This document shows, piece after piece, positions 1 to 11,263 of a DNA stretch of 32,000 nt. The stretch's first letter is position 1, and each line of letters begins with the position of its first letter. Origin of the DNA: Thermodesulfobacteriota bacterium (lineage in GTDB: Bacteria > Desulfobacterota > WTBG01 > JAGOGO01). Below the pieces are notes generated by a model. That model searched no databases. It saw only the letters and a list, made by a program, of their open reading frames with translations, and was not told the origin of the DNA. The stretch spans positions 1,605,622 to 1,637,621 of the forward strand of contig CP113000.1 in NCBI GenBank assembly GCA_026625185.1. The letters are read 5' to 3'. The translations under genes and the position numbers were made by a program.

Positions 1-63
1 ATGGACCACAATGTCCATACTGATGTCAGTATAATTTTTTAATGTAAAAAGGAAACACGTAAA

Positions 64-1257
64 ATGAATTTCGAAGTATTTAAACTGCACTCAAAAATAA
101 CGGCCGGAGTTAAGTCACTCGGCTACACCACGCCAACACCGATCCAGGCGCAATCAATACCGCCCATACTGGACGGCAGTGATGTCATTGGCCTCGCTCA
201 AACCGGCACCGGAAAGACCGCAGCATTTGTGCTGCCGATCCTGCAGCGTCTGATGATAGAGAAGTCCCGGGGGATAGTTCGTGCCCTGATCATCGGGCCT
301 ACCCGTGAACTGACCGAACAAACCCATCAGGCTGTCCGCCAGCTGGGGGGAAAAACAGGCATCCGCAGCGCAAGTATCTATGGCGGCGTGAGCATACAGC
401 CTCAGATCACTACCTTGCGCAAGGGGGTTGAGATTGTTTCAGCCTGCCCTGGTCGTCTGCTGGATCATATCACGCGGGAGACAATCAATGTATCGCAGAT
501 TGAGGTTCTGGTCCTGGATGAAGCCGATCGGATGTTCGACATGGGATTTCTGCCGGACATCAGAAAAATAGTGAAACATCTGCCCAAAAAACGTCAGACG
601 CTGTTGTTTTCCGCGACGATGCCCACTGATATCAATGTCCTTGCGCGAGAGATCCTGCAGGATCCATTGAGCATTCAAGTAGGTCACAGCACGCCGCCAG
701 CTACGGTCGCACACACCTTCTATCCCGTGGAAACGGAGCGTAAAACAACCCTGCTGAAGACCATCCTGGACACTACCGAAACTGGCCCGGTGCTGGTATT
801 TACCCGCACCAAAAAGCGCGCCAAGCGTCTTACCGGGCAGCTTGAACAATCAGGATATAAGGCGACGGCACTGCATGGCGACCTGTCTCAGAACAAACGC
901 CAAACCGCGATGGATGGTTTCCGCCACGGCCGGTATAAAATTTTGGTGGCAACCGATGTTGCGGCGCGCGGCATCGATGTGTGCGGGATTTCGCACGTGA
1001 TTAATTATGACATTCCTGAAACCCCAGACGCGTATACTCACCGTGTCGGCCGCACCGGCCGCGCCAGCAAAACCGGAGATGCATTTACCTTTGTAGCCAA
1101 CAGGGAGAGAAACCTTGCCCGCTCGATTACCCGGGGCCTGGGCGATAACCACAAATACTCTGCCCTGGAAGGGTTTGATAGCCCTCCCGCCGCAGTACTG
1201 GATGGGCGAAGGTCTTTTCGCAGCAGGCGGCATTGGGGGATGTATCGGAGCCGTTAG
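64..1257 (+). CDS. rhlE: DEAD-box ATP-dependent RNA helicase (RhlE-like)
   Basis: 397-aa ORF with the canonical DEAD-box motifs AQTGTGKTAAF (I), PTRELT (Ia), DEAD (II), SAT (III) and HRVGRTGRA (VI). It has an Arg-rich C-terminal tail and an AAGGA upstream of the ATG. Confidence 0.93.
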   Translation: MNFEVFKLHSKITAGVKSLGYTTPTPIQAQSIPPILDGSDVIGLAQTGTGKTAAFVLPILQRLMIEKSRGIVRALIIGPTRELTEQTHQAVRQLGGKTGIRSASIYGGVSIQPQITTLRKGVEIVSACPGRLLDHITRETINVSQIEVLVLDEADRMFDMGFLPDIRKIVKHLPKKRQTLLFSATMPTDINVLAREILQDPLSIQVGHSTPPATVAHTFYPVETERKTTLLKTILDTTETGPVLVFTRTKKRAKRLTGQLEQSGYKATALHGDLSQNKRQTAMDGFRHGRYKILVATDVAARGIDVCGISHVINYDIPETPDAYTHRVGRTGRASKTGDAFTFVANRERNLARSITRGLGDNHKYSALEGFDSPPAAVLDGRRSFRSRRHWGMYRSR

Positions 1258-1653
1258 AATACAATGAGGGGAGATAATCCTGTCTTCTCCGATCAAAAAA
1301 AATACAAAAACAGAAACATGATTAATATCGTGTTAACGAGGGACAGTCTATTATGATAAAACAAGCATTGTCCCTCTTATGTTGACAATTTACTTCTTAG
1401 CTCTCCGGGCTTCTTACAAAACCGACGGGACAATTGGAGCATCTATCGGATCGGGGAAAAAGGCTCATGTGCTTTACCCAGAAAAAAATTCATTAACAGT
1501 TCAATTTTACACGGCAAAACTAAAACATTATGCCAAAATAATAAACCTTCCTCATAACAAAACTTTTTTCTTCGTCCCCAGGCAGTCAGTTAACACCACA
1601 CTTTTGAAAAATTATTTAAATGAAGCTAACCAAGAAAAAGGGCACCCTTTTTC

Positions 1654-1682
1654 TTGATTATTTCCAAAGAGAATTTTATAAT
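1654..1682 (+). promoter_or_regulatory. Candidate sigma70-type promoter for ilvD (TTGATT - 17 bp - TATAAT)
   Basis: TTGATT lies at 1654-1659, followed by an exact 17-nt spacer and a consensus TATAAT at 1677-1682. It is the only near-consensus pair in the 650-bp gap upstream of ilvD and implies a 5' UTR of about 220 nt. Confidence 0.45.
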
Positions 1683-1759
1683 ATTTTCGAAAAGATGCTT
1701 TTATAGCCCTTAAATAGACTCCATTTTTTAAAATTTACATGTGACATGCGAAGCCTGTA

Positions 1760-1885
1760 ATACCAAGTTGCATTCAAAAGCAAATCGAGGCGTCGACGAG
1801 GAATCGAGGCAGGCGTACTGTTTTAGTACGTCGAGAAGTATGACGAGGAGACAACAAAGATATGCAAATGAAGGCGACTTGGTAT
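1760..1885 (+). promoter_or_regulatory. Structured 5' leader element upstream of ilvD (class unknown)
   Basis: A 12-bp long-range helix pairs ATACCAAGTTGC (1760-1771) with GCGACTTGGTAT (1874-1885), with one G-U pair. Inside it is the hairpin GGCGTAC/GTACGTC (1812-1832). Sense repeats are present: AATCGAGGC x2 (1783, 1802) and GACGAGGA x2 (1795, 1842). The element ends 14 nt before the AAGGAGGA Shine-Dalgarno. Confidence 0.35.
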
Positions 1886-1911
1886 AAATCCCTAAAAAGG
1901 AGGAATAATAT

Positions 1912-3576
1912 ATGCGCAGTGACCAGATGAAGTCAGGATTAGAAAAAGCGCCCCATCGGGCTTTATTTAAAGCCATGGGTTACACTGATGAAGAGATCCG
2001 GCGACCGCTTATCGGTATTGTCAATTCCGCCAATGAGATCATCCCCGGACATATTCACCTCAACAATATTGTCAAAGCAGTAAAAACCGGTGTCTCCATG
2101 GCCGGAGGAACACCCGTAGAGTTTTCCACTATTGGCATTTGCGATGGTATTGCCATGAATCACGAGGGCATGAAATATTCCCTTCCCAGCCGGGAACTCA
2201 TCGCCGACTCGGTGGAAGTCATGGCGCGGGCTCATCCTTTCGACGGATTGGTCCTGGTTCCCAATTGCGACAAAATTGTGCCTGGAATGCTTATGGCAGC
2301 CTTACGGATCAACATCCCGGCGATTGTGATCAGCGGAGGACCAATGCTTGCCGGCCGTTATCAGGGAAAAGATGTTGACCTGATCACCGTGTTTGAAGGA
2401 ATAGGGAAAGTAAAGGCCAACCTTATCTCAAAAGAGGAACTAACAAGCCTGGAAGAATGCGCCTGCCCGGGATGCGGCTCGTGCGCGGGAATGTTTACCG
2501 CTAACTCCATGAACTGTTTGACAGAAGCGTTAGGCTTGGGCCTTCCCGGCAACGGCACCATTCCCGCGGTTTACGCTGCCCGCATTCGCTTGGCGAAAAC
2601 CACGGGAATGAAAATAATGAAGCTGGTCGAAAAAGGAATCTGCCCTCGTGATATTGCCACTATGGAGGCATTTAAGAATGCGCTTACGGTAGATATGGCT
2701 TTGGGTTGTTCCACCAATACTATCCTTCATGTGCCGGCCATTGCGCATGAAGCAGGAATTTCTCTCAACCTGGATTTACTCAACAAAATTAGCGACAAAA
2801 CCCCTCATCTCTGCCAGTTAAGCCCGGCTGGGGACCATCACCTCCAAGACCTTAATGAAGCCGGGGGGGTTCCGGCAGTCATGGCAGAGTTAAATAAAAA
2901 AGGTCTCATTAACCGGAATGCTCTTACCGTAACCGGGAAAACGGTAAAAGATAATCTTAAAAATGTTAAGGTGCAAGACCATACGGTGATTAGGAAATCT
3001 AACAACCCGTATCATCCTGAAGGTGGTATCGCTATTCTCCGCGGCAACCTGGCTCCGGATGGAGCAGTAGTCAAGCAGTCCGCTGTGGCTTCCGAAATGA
3101 TGCGCAATAAGGGAAAAGCACGGGTTTTCGATGCGGAAGAACAAGCAGTAAAAGCAATCCTGGGAGGAAAGATTGAACCGGGTGATGTCATAGTAATTCG
3201 TTACGAAGGCCCCAAAGGCGGCCCGGGGATGCGCGAGATGCTTACTCCCACATCAGCCATAGCCGGTATGGGGTTAGATAAAGACGTGGCTCTTATTACC
3301 GACGGTCGGTTCAGCGGGGGAACCCGAGGAGCAGCGATCGGCCATATATCACCTGAGGCAGCAGAAGGAGGTCTTATCGCGTTAGTAAAAGAAGGGGATC
3401 TTATTGAAATTGACATCCCGGCAAAAAAGCTTACGTTGCAGGTTGATCAAGCAACGCTCAATAAACGAAAAGCCTCCTGGAAACGTCCTGCCCTTAAGAT
3501 TAAAAACGGATATGCATACCGTTACGCTCAGCAGGTTACGTCCGCCAGTACTGGTGCCGTGTTCAAGGAAGAATAA
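1912..3576 (+). CDS. ilvD: Dihydroxy-acid dehydratase
   Basis: 554-aa ORF. The N-terminus [39 protein letters not shown] is typical IlvD/Edd, and the Fe-S ligand region CDKIVPGM and the [13 protein letters not shown] block are present. A strong AAGGAGGA RBS precedes the start. Confidence 0.97.
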   Translation: MRSDQMKSGLEKAPHRALFKAMGYTDEEIRRPLIGIVNSANEIIPGHIHLNNIVKAVKTGVSMAGGTPVEFSTIGICDGIAMNHEGMKYSLPSRELIADSVEVMARAHPFDGLVLVPNCDKIVPGMLMAALRINIPAIVISGGPMLAGRYQGKDVDLITVFEGIGKVKANLISKEELTSLEECACPGCGSCAGMFTANSMNCLTEALGLGLPGNGTIPAVYAARIRLAKTTGMKIMKLVEKGICPRDIATMEAFKNALTVDMALGCSTNTILHVPAIAHEAGISLNLDLLNKISDKTPHLCQLSPAGDHHLQDLNEAGGVPAVMAELNKKGLINRNALTVTGKTVKDNLKNVKVQDHTVIRKSNNPYHPEGGIAILRGNLAPDGAVVKQSAVASEMMRNKGKARVFDAEEQAVKAILGGKIEPGDVIVIRYEGPKGGPGMREMLTPTSAIAGMGLDKDVALITDGRFSGGTRGAAIGHISPEAAEGGLIALVKEGDLIEIDIPAKKLTLQVDQATLNKRKASWKRPALKIKNGYAYRYAQQVTSASTGAVFKEE

Positions 3577-4050
3577 GTGGAAACCATTAAAACGATCCTT
3601 GATGCTCTCTTGCAAAGACGAAAATTGGACTCCAGGCTAAAAGGTTTCCGAGCCTTTGACATCTGGGGCGAGGCGGTGGGAACGCGGATATCCCGTCACA
3701 CTCAGCCGAGAGGGTTCAGAGACCACACCCTTTGGGTTACGGTGGATAGTTCCATCTGGATGCACCAGTTGACTTTTTTAGAAGGACAATTAAAAGAAAA
3801 GATAAACCAGATGATGGGTTCACCATTGGTAGAGAAAATTCGTTTCCAAATCGGGGAAATCAATTCTCCCTCCCCGGAAACTTCGGGAAAAGCGAGTTTA
3901 CCGGTGTGGCAGGAAGTTGAGGTGGATGAGGCTATGGAAGATGAAATTGAAAAAGAAGTTTCGATCTTGAAAGACGAAGAATTAAAAACAAGTTTAAAAA
4001 GTTTGTTTCGTAAAAATGTTCAGTTTCTCAATTATAAAGCGAGAGAGTAA
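3577..4050 (+). CDS. dciA: DUF721 / DciA-family protein (putative replicative helicase operator)
   Basis: 157-aa ORF with a GTG start directly after the ilvD stop and AAGGAAG upstream. It shows the DUF721 pattern W..AVG..I..HT.P..F.D..L.V.VDSS.W...L.F....L..KIN, followed by an acidic C-terminal extension. Confidence 0.75.
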   Translation: METIKTILDALLQRRKLDSRLKGFRAFDIWGEAVGTRISRHTQPRGFRDHTLWVTVDSSIWMHQLTFLEGQLKEKINQMMGSPLVEKIRFQIGEINSPSPETSGKASLPVWQEVEVDEAMEDEIEKEVSILKDEELKTSLKSLFRKNVQFLNYKARE

Positions 4051-4832
4051 ACTGCCTGTAAGGATTCAGTGTATTTCCCTTCAGCATCATAAATGATAAG
4101 CGGTTCTTTAATCTGAAGCTCAACCCCTCCCCCTTTAACGCCTTCTACTAAAACCATCTTTGCCGGCGTATTGACCCGGGAATGGACACACTGTAACGTC
4201 TTTGGTTCTAAACCACACGCTCTCATCTCGTAAAAAAGCTCAACCAAACGAAACGCAGGATAAATCAAAAAAAACTTTCCCTGAGTTTTTAATAAGAAAT
4301 AAGCGACCATCAGTATCTCCTGGAGGGAGATGGCGATTTCATGACGGGCAATTAATTTCTGCTCCTGGGGATTTATTCTCCCGGTGGCGCGTTTTCGAAA
4401 AGGAGGGTTAGTGAGGATAAAATCGAAAGAGCCGGTTGGATAAAGCAAAGGAAGGTTTTTTAAATCATTTTTTACAATGCGTATAACGCCATCACAACTA
4501 TTAAGCGCGACATTACGGCGAGCTAACTCTGCCAGGTCTTCCTGAATTTCCACGCCGACAATTTCTTTTGCCTGGGTAGTCGATGAAAGAATAAGAGGAA
4601 TAATGCCGCAGCCTGTGCCGAGATCAATTACCCGGTCACCGGATGAAACCTGAGCCAGTCGGCCTAAGATAACCGCATCGAGAGAAAATCGGTAACCATC
4701 TTTCTTCTGTATTACCTTCAACTTCCCCTGAAACATAGTGTCCAGGGTTTCGTCGGGAAGGAGTGAAAAAGTAGACTCTGAGGTTTTCTTACGATGTGAT
4801 GACTTCACTTTGATCATTTCCCCAATCTTCAT
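4032..4832 (-). CDS. SAM-dependent methyltransferase, tRNA (adenine37-N6)-methyltransferase TrmN6/YfiC-like
   Basis: 266-aa ORF with SAM motif I VIDLGTGCGIIPL and catalytic NPPF (ILTNPPFRK). The N-terminal GYRFSLDAVILG block is typical of the YfiC/TrmN6 family. The start is uncertain (M1 at 4832 or M6 at 4817); either overlaps the upstream Zn-ribbon ORF. Confidence 0.75.
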   Translation of the reverse strand: MKIGEMIKVKSSHRKKTSESTFSLLPDETLDTMFQGKLKVIQKKDGYRFSLDAVILGRLAQVSSGDRVIDLGTGCGIIPLILSSTTQAKEIVGVEIQEDLAELARRNVALNSCDGVIRIVKNDLKNLPLLYPTGSFDFILTNPPFRKRATGRINPQEQKLIARHEIAISLQEILMVAYFLLKTQGKFFLIYPAFRLVELFYEMRACGLEPKTLQCVHSRVNTPAKMVLVEGVKGGGVELQIKEPLIIYDAEGKYTESLQAVYSLAL

Positions 4833-4977
4833 CCCTTTCTTTTGAATAGAAATTCGACATTCCGCAAAAAGGACAAAATTCTATTTTGGGTTCTGTTGCT
4901 TTTTCTGTGTCTTTTATTACTGATATTTGAGCAATGCCGTCGCAGTGTTTACATTCGTAATCAGATAGCCGTACCAT
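4789..4977 (-). CDS. Small zinc-ribbon protein (CxxC...CxxC), unknown function
   Basis: 62-aa ORF containing YECKHCDG ... EFCPFCG, an FmdB-like topology, and an acidic C-terminus. It is in frame with the upstream methylase fragment and separated from it only by TAG AGA TAG AAA. Confidence 0.4.
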   Translation of the reverse strand: MVRLSDYECKHCDGIAQISVIKDTEKATEPKIEFCPFCGMSNFYSKERDEDWGNDQSEVITS

Positions 4978-4986
4978 TTTCTATCT

Positions 4987-5241
4987 CTACTTTTCATCCC
5001 AAACTAAGTTGAGGTTATTAATATAGTCTTCATAGGTGTCGTTGAAACCGATCTGGTTTCCGTTTCCGTAATCTTTTAATTGCCAATAGGGTGGGGAGTT
5101 AATGATAAGATGGACAGATTCATCCAAAACTTCTTTCATCCATCTCGAATCGCCAATGATTATTTTGTGGGAAGTTTTCAAATAATTTCTGTCCAAATGA
5201 TTTTTAAAATATTTACCATCAGTTTTTCCCCCTACTGTCAT
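4987..5241 (-). pseudogene. N-terminal fragment of a beta-class N4/N6 DNA methyltransferase (truncated)
   Basis: 84-aa ORF with IIGDSR...VHLIINSPPYW (catalytic motif IV SPPY) and DYINNLNLVWDE. It stops about 170-200 codons short and no SAM-binding motif I follows in any frame. Confidence 0.7.
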
Positions 5242-5455
5242 TATATACTAACATTTTGGTCTAAGTCGATATTTTTCCCCGAAGAAAAAATTTAATTGGC
5301 AGTAAAGGCAGTTACGTCTTCTGGTATGCCAAAAGCATTTCCGAAATCAGCCCCGGACTCCGGATGAATCCGGAATGCCTATTTTATTCCCTTGACGAAA
5401 CCAGAGAAAATCCCGAATAATAAATACAGGTATGATAATTTTTTGAGAGGTAAAG

Positions 5456-5653
5456 ATGAAAGAAGAAGTGACAACAATAAAAGTCGAAAAGGTCTTTAAG
5501 GTTTGCCCCAATTGCGGGTACAAAAATGGTTTTCATGCCATGTTTGAAAAAATCGGTGAAAGGGCCTCTTTCTCATGGAAATTGATCTGTCCCAATTGTG
5601 AAAAAATCTTTGACATTGGCCTACAAGTCAAGATCGACCGCACTTCGGCCTGA
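5456..5653 (+). CDS. Small zinc-ribbon protein (2x CPNC), unknown function
   Basis: 65-aa ORF with CPNCG ... CPNCE. It has a GAGAGG RBS and is followed by a strong hairpin terminator. Confidence 0.5.
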   Translation: MKEEVTTIKVEKVFKVCPNCGYKNGFHAMFEKIGERASFSWKLICPNCEKIFDIGLQVKIDRTSA

Positions 5654-5733
5654 ACTTCGGAAAGTTCCCTGACGTGGGCATCTTTTACCATCACTATAAC
5701 TATGAAAATCGCGACTTAGGTTGACAAAACTAA

Positions 5734-5783
5734 AAGAAACAAACACCTTAGCAGCTTTTGAACTGACAAGGTGTTTGTTTCTT
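5734..5783. terminator. Bidirectional intrinsic terminator between the convergent 65-aa ORF and ahcY
   Basis: A perfect 16-bp inverted repeat, AAGAAACAAACACCTT (5734-5749) / AAGGTGTTTGTTTCTT (5768-5783), with an 18-nt loop, sits between two convergent genes. Confidence 0.65.
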
Positions 5784-5815
5784 GCCCTTTGTTTTAACTT
5801 TTCACTTTAAACTTC

Positions 5816-8276
<2,461 letters not shown>

Positions 8277-8318
8277 CGCGATGATCTCCTTGTCTTGTGA
8301 TAATAAAACAAAGGTTAA

Positions 8319-8347
8319 AATGTTAAATTATTTGGGAGAAATGTCAA
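8319..8347 (-). promoter_or_regulatory. Candidate metK promoter (TTGACA - 17 bp - AACATT)
   Basis: On the minus strand a consensus -35 TTGACA (8347-8342) is followed by a 17-nt spacer and a weak -10 AACATT (8324-8319), about 45 nt upstream of the metK ATG. Confidence 0.3.
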
Positions 8348-8634
8348 GAAATAAATTTTAGGGACGCATTCCCGTTATTTGATCTATAATTTCCTTTTTT
8401 TCAATAGGTTATTCAAACCATTGCCAAAAAAACCTCAATTGTCTTTTAATGAGAGTAAGGGAGAAATATGAACCAGGAACATAAAAGCTAATCTTCTAAA
8501 ACAAATGCCCATATTGCGAACGCATTAAAAAATCCTTCCGCACGCCCCGTCACTTCGTGACACCCCGCTAAAAAGGGGGTTTATAAACCCAGGTTACGGC
8601 CCAGTGAAGGGCTTGCCGTGCCCAAATCTAACCA

Positions 8635-8666
8635 GGGGGCGCCAAGCAACGCCCCTACTTTTTCTC
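8635..8666. terminator. GC-rich hairpin at the permease stop codon
   Basis: GGGGGCG (8635-8641) - loop CCAAGCAA - CGCCCCT (8650-8656), then ACTTTTTCTC on the plus strand. The U-tract orientation fits a plus-strand transcript better than the minus-strand permease, whose TAG stop (8657-8655) abuts the stem. Confidence 0.4.
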
Positions 8667-10085
8667 ATGCTTCATCTTTTTCCCCAAACGGCTGTGTTTT
8701 ATTCCGTAAAAGAAGTAAATAAACAGTCCGCCTATGAGCCAGACGATAAACCGAATCCAGGTGATTTTAGGCAAAGCGAGCATTAAGCCGGCGCAGAAAC
8801 AAATACCCAGGAGCGGGATCAAGGGGACAAAAGGACAGCGAAACGGTCGTTTAATTTCCGGATGCGTGTAGCGCAGCACCGAGATGCCTCCGCAGACAAT
8901 AGTGAAGGCGAATAATGTTCCGATATTGCATAACTCTGCCGCAGTTCCGATATCAATAAAACCGGCAAAAACTGCTACTACCACGCCGGTTATGATCTGT
9001 GCTATATACGGGGTGCGAAAACGGGGATGAACTTTGTATATCCAGGGCCACAAGAGCCCATCGCGGCTCATGGAAAAGAAAATCCGCGGTTGGCCCATGA
9101 GCATCACCAGAAGAACGCTGGTAATCCCGGCGACTGCTCCTGCTGAAACGAGTGCGGACCCCCAACGAATTCCAATCAAGTTTAAAGCATGTGCCACTGG
9201 CGCGGGGTGATTCAATTCTTTGAAGGAAACCATTCCGGTAAGCACTGCAGCAACCACAATGTAAAGCAGGGTACAAATGGCTAATGAAGCAATAATTCCG
9301 ATGGGGATATTTTTCTGAGGTTTTTTGGTTTCCTCCGCAACAGTTGAGACGGCATCAAAACCAATGTAAGCAAAAAACACAATCGCCGCTCCAGTCAAAA
9401 CTCCTTTAAAGCCAAAAGGCATAAAGGGAGTCCAATTAACGGGCTTAATATTGAAAAATCCTACGACGATAAACACCAGAACAGTCGTTATCTTAACAAA
9501 AACCATCAAACCGGTTAAACGAGCGCTCTCTTTGATGCCGATAACCAGGATGGTGGTAAGAAAAAGCACAATAAACATGGCAGGAAGGTTAATAACTGCC
9601 CCGGGCACGGTTCCGGGGGCGGCCGAACACCAGACTGGAAGAGTAATACCAAAAAATTTTAACAGAATACTGTTTGCGATATTGACAAAGTAGCCTGACC
9701 AGCCTATCGATACCGCTATTGAAGCCACGATATATTCAAGAATCAGGTCCCAGCCAATAATCCAGGCAATGAGTTCGCCCAAGGTCGCATAGGCATAGTT
9801 ATAAGCGCTTCCCGCCACCGGGATTAAGGCCGCGAATTCAGCATAACATAAAGCAGCAAAGGCACAGGCAAGACCGGAGATGACAAAGGATAAAACTACG
9901 CCCGGACCGGCATGCACGGCTGCGGCGTTTCCGGTTAAAACAAAGATACCCACACCCACGATTGCGCCAATGCCCAAGATGGTAAGGTCAAAGGCGTTGA
10001 GCGCCCGGTGAAGGCGATGCTCCTCAATGTCAATTTCTTCCAAAATATGGTGGATGAATTTACGACGAAAAAGTCTTTTTACCAT
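8655..10085 (-). CDS. APC-family amino acid permease (cationic amino acid transporter-like)
   Basis: 476-aa ORF that is highly hydrophobic, with about 12 predicted TM segments. The N-terminal LTILGIGAIVGVGIFVLTG and AGSAY/EF motifs are typical of AA_permease/CAT family members. Confidence 0.88.
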   Translation of the reverse strand: MVKRLFRRKFIHHILEEIDIEEHRLHRALNAFDLTILGIGAIVGVGIFVLTGNAAAVHAGPGVVLSFVISGLACAFAALCYAEFAALIPVAGSAYNYAYATLGELIAWIIGWDLILEYIVASIAVSIGWSGYFVNIANSILLKFFGITLPVWCSAAPGTVPGAVINLPAMFIVLFLTTILVIGIKESARLTGLMVFVKITTVLVFIVVGFFNIKPVNWTPFMPFGFKGVLTGAAIVFFAYIGFDAVSTVAEETKKPQKNIPIGIIASLAICTLLYIVVAAVLTGMVSFKELNHPAPVAHALNLIGIRWGSALVSAGAVAGITSVLLVMLMGQPRIFFSMSRDGLLWPWIYKVHPRFRTPYIAQIITGVVVAVFAGFIDIGTAAELCNIGTLFAFTIVCGGISVLRYTHPEIKRPFRCPFVPLIPLLGICFCAGLMLALPKITWIRFIVWLIGGLFIYFFYGIKHSRLGKKMKHEKK

Positions 10086-10117
10086 GGCAGCGCTTCTTAT
10101 CCTTTTCTAAAAAAAAA

Positions 10118-11128
10118 TTAAAAATCTTTTGGCGCAGACCTCTTTTTTTGTTTGTCCCTTAACAGAGGAGGCGCATGTTTTTTATTTATCCAGTACCACT
10201 GGGTCGGATGCTTTTTAATGTTGGTCTCAAGAATAGCGGCAAACTTTTGGCAGAGGAGAGCAACAGCCTTATCCTGGTCTTTATCTTCAATTAAGTCCAC
10301 CGGGGGTTCGATGATTATCTTTTGAGAATTATCCTTTTGCCGGATGATAAACATAGGCAAAACGGTTGCGCCGGTTCTTTGCGCGAGAATGGCTGGGCCT
10401 GGCGGCATGGCAATCTTCTGTCCCATAAGCATCAGCGGCACGCCGCCTCTTTTTTGATCACCATCAATAATGAGACATACAACCTCATTGCGGCGAAGGG
10501 TGCGAAGAATCTCCTTTTGAGAAACAGTTGCCGGATCAGCCAAGATAAACCTCAAATTATATTGTTCCATTTTTTTCTTAAAATATTGAGATATTCCTGG
10601 ATCTCTTGGAAGTTTTATGACCAAATAAAATGGGTAGCCTTCGGAAATTAACTTACCTCTCATCACAGCAAAGTTACCGAGATGCGCGCTTAAAGCGATC
10701 ACGCCCTTGCCTTTGCTGAGTGCTGCATCTAAATGTTCTTTCCCTTCAATGAAGATGGTGGAGTAGATCTCCTCCTTTCGTGGACTCACCGAATAAATGG
10801 TTTCAAAGGCTCCCTTGGTTGCGTCAATCCCAATCTCCTCAACCATCTTTTTTATCTCCGAAGGAGATTTTTCGTTTCCATAGTAAAGTTTAAGGTTTTC
10901 TAAGGCTTGTCTCCGATATTCGCCGGCGAAAGGGAAACCGATTTTCACGATAATTTTACTTAAGGATAAAGCCCGGGCAAGAGGAAGAAAAGATGGAAGA
11001 GAAAAAAGTAATTTTATTATTCTCAGTCCGATAAAATATCTGACTGCTTTTGTTATGCGATGGGTTCGGGAATGATGGGGCCGTATTCTCTTTTTTCTTT
11101 TTTTAAACTGATTTGACTTTTGGTTCAT
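10118..11128 (-). CDS. Lipid A biosynthesis acyltransferase family protein (LpxL/HtrB-like, PF03279-type)
   Basis: 336-aa ORF with an N-terminal membrane anchor, a SAHLGNF block in place of the family HxGNWE motif, and a C-terminal HP.QWYW motif (KHPTQWYWINK) typical of LpxL/LpxM. Confidence 0.72.
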   Translation of the reverse strand: MNQKSNQFKKRKKRIRPHHSRTHRITKAVRYFIGLRIIKLLFSLPSFLPLARALSLSKIIVKIGFPFAGEYRRQALENLKLYYGNEKSPSEIKKMVEEIGIDATKGAFETIYSVSPRKEEIYSTIFIEGKEHLDAALSKGKGVIALSAHLGNFAVMRGKLISEGYPFYLVIKLPRDPGISQYFKKKMEQYNLRFILADPATVSQKEILRTLRRNEVVCLIIDGDQKRGGVPLMLMGQKIAMPPGPAILAQRTGATVLPMFIIRQKDNSQKIIIEPPVDLIEDKDQDKAVALLCQKFAAILETNIKKHPTQWYWINKKHAPPLLRDKQKKRSAPKDF

Positions 11129-11263
11129 TTTTCCTGACTTTCCAGAAATGACTTAAAGTTTCTTTTTTATCCTCGTGGGAGGCCAAAGTCAAGAAGTAGA
11201 AAAAACCAAATCGATGAGGGATCCTATGTTAAAGATTTTTTTAGGAAGAATAGTAAAAAAAGT

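Noticed and set aside
439-1296. Minus-strand ORFs 439-849 (136 aa) and 850-1296 (148 aa)
   Set aside because: They are entirely antisense to the well-supported DEAD-box helicase gene and have no motifs or RBS. They are shadow ORFs.
1379-1657. 92-aa plus-strand ORF in the helicase-ilvD spacer
   Set aside because: It has no Shine-Dalgarno and an odd, low-complexity composition. It overlaps the candidate ilvD promoter region and shows no recognisable similarity. I treat it as non-coding, though I cannot exclude a small gene.
8277-8654. SAM or SAH riboswitch upstream of the metK-ahcY operon
   Set aside because: I reverse-complemented the region and looked for the SAM-I core (GAGGGA...GCCC..UGAA..GCAACC...GGUGCUAA) and for SAH-riboswitch features, and found neither. 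The best promoter candidate lies only about 45 nt from the metK ATG, which leaves no room for an aptamer.
8604-8786. 60-aa plus-strand ORF
   Set aside because: It overlaps the 3' end of the permease gene in antisense and the terminator hairpin, and has no RBS.
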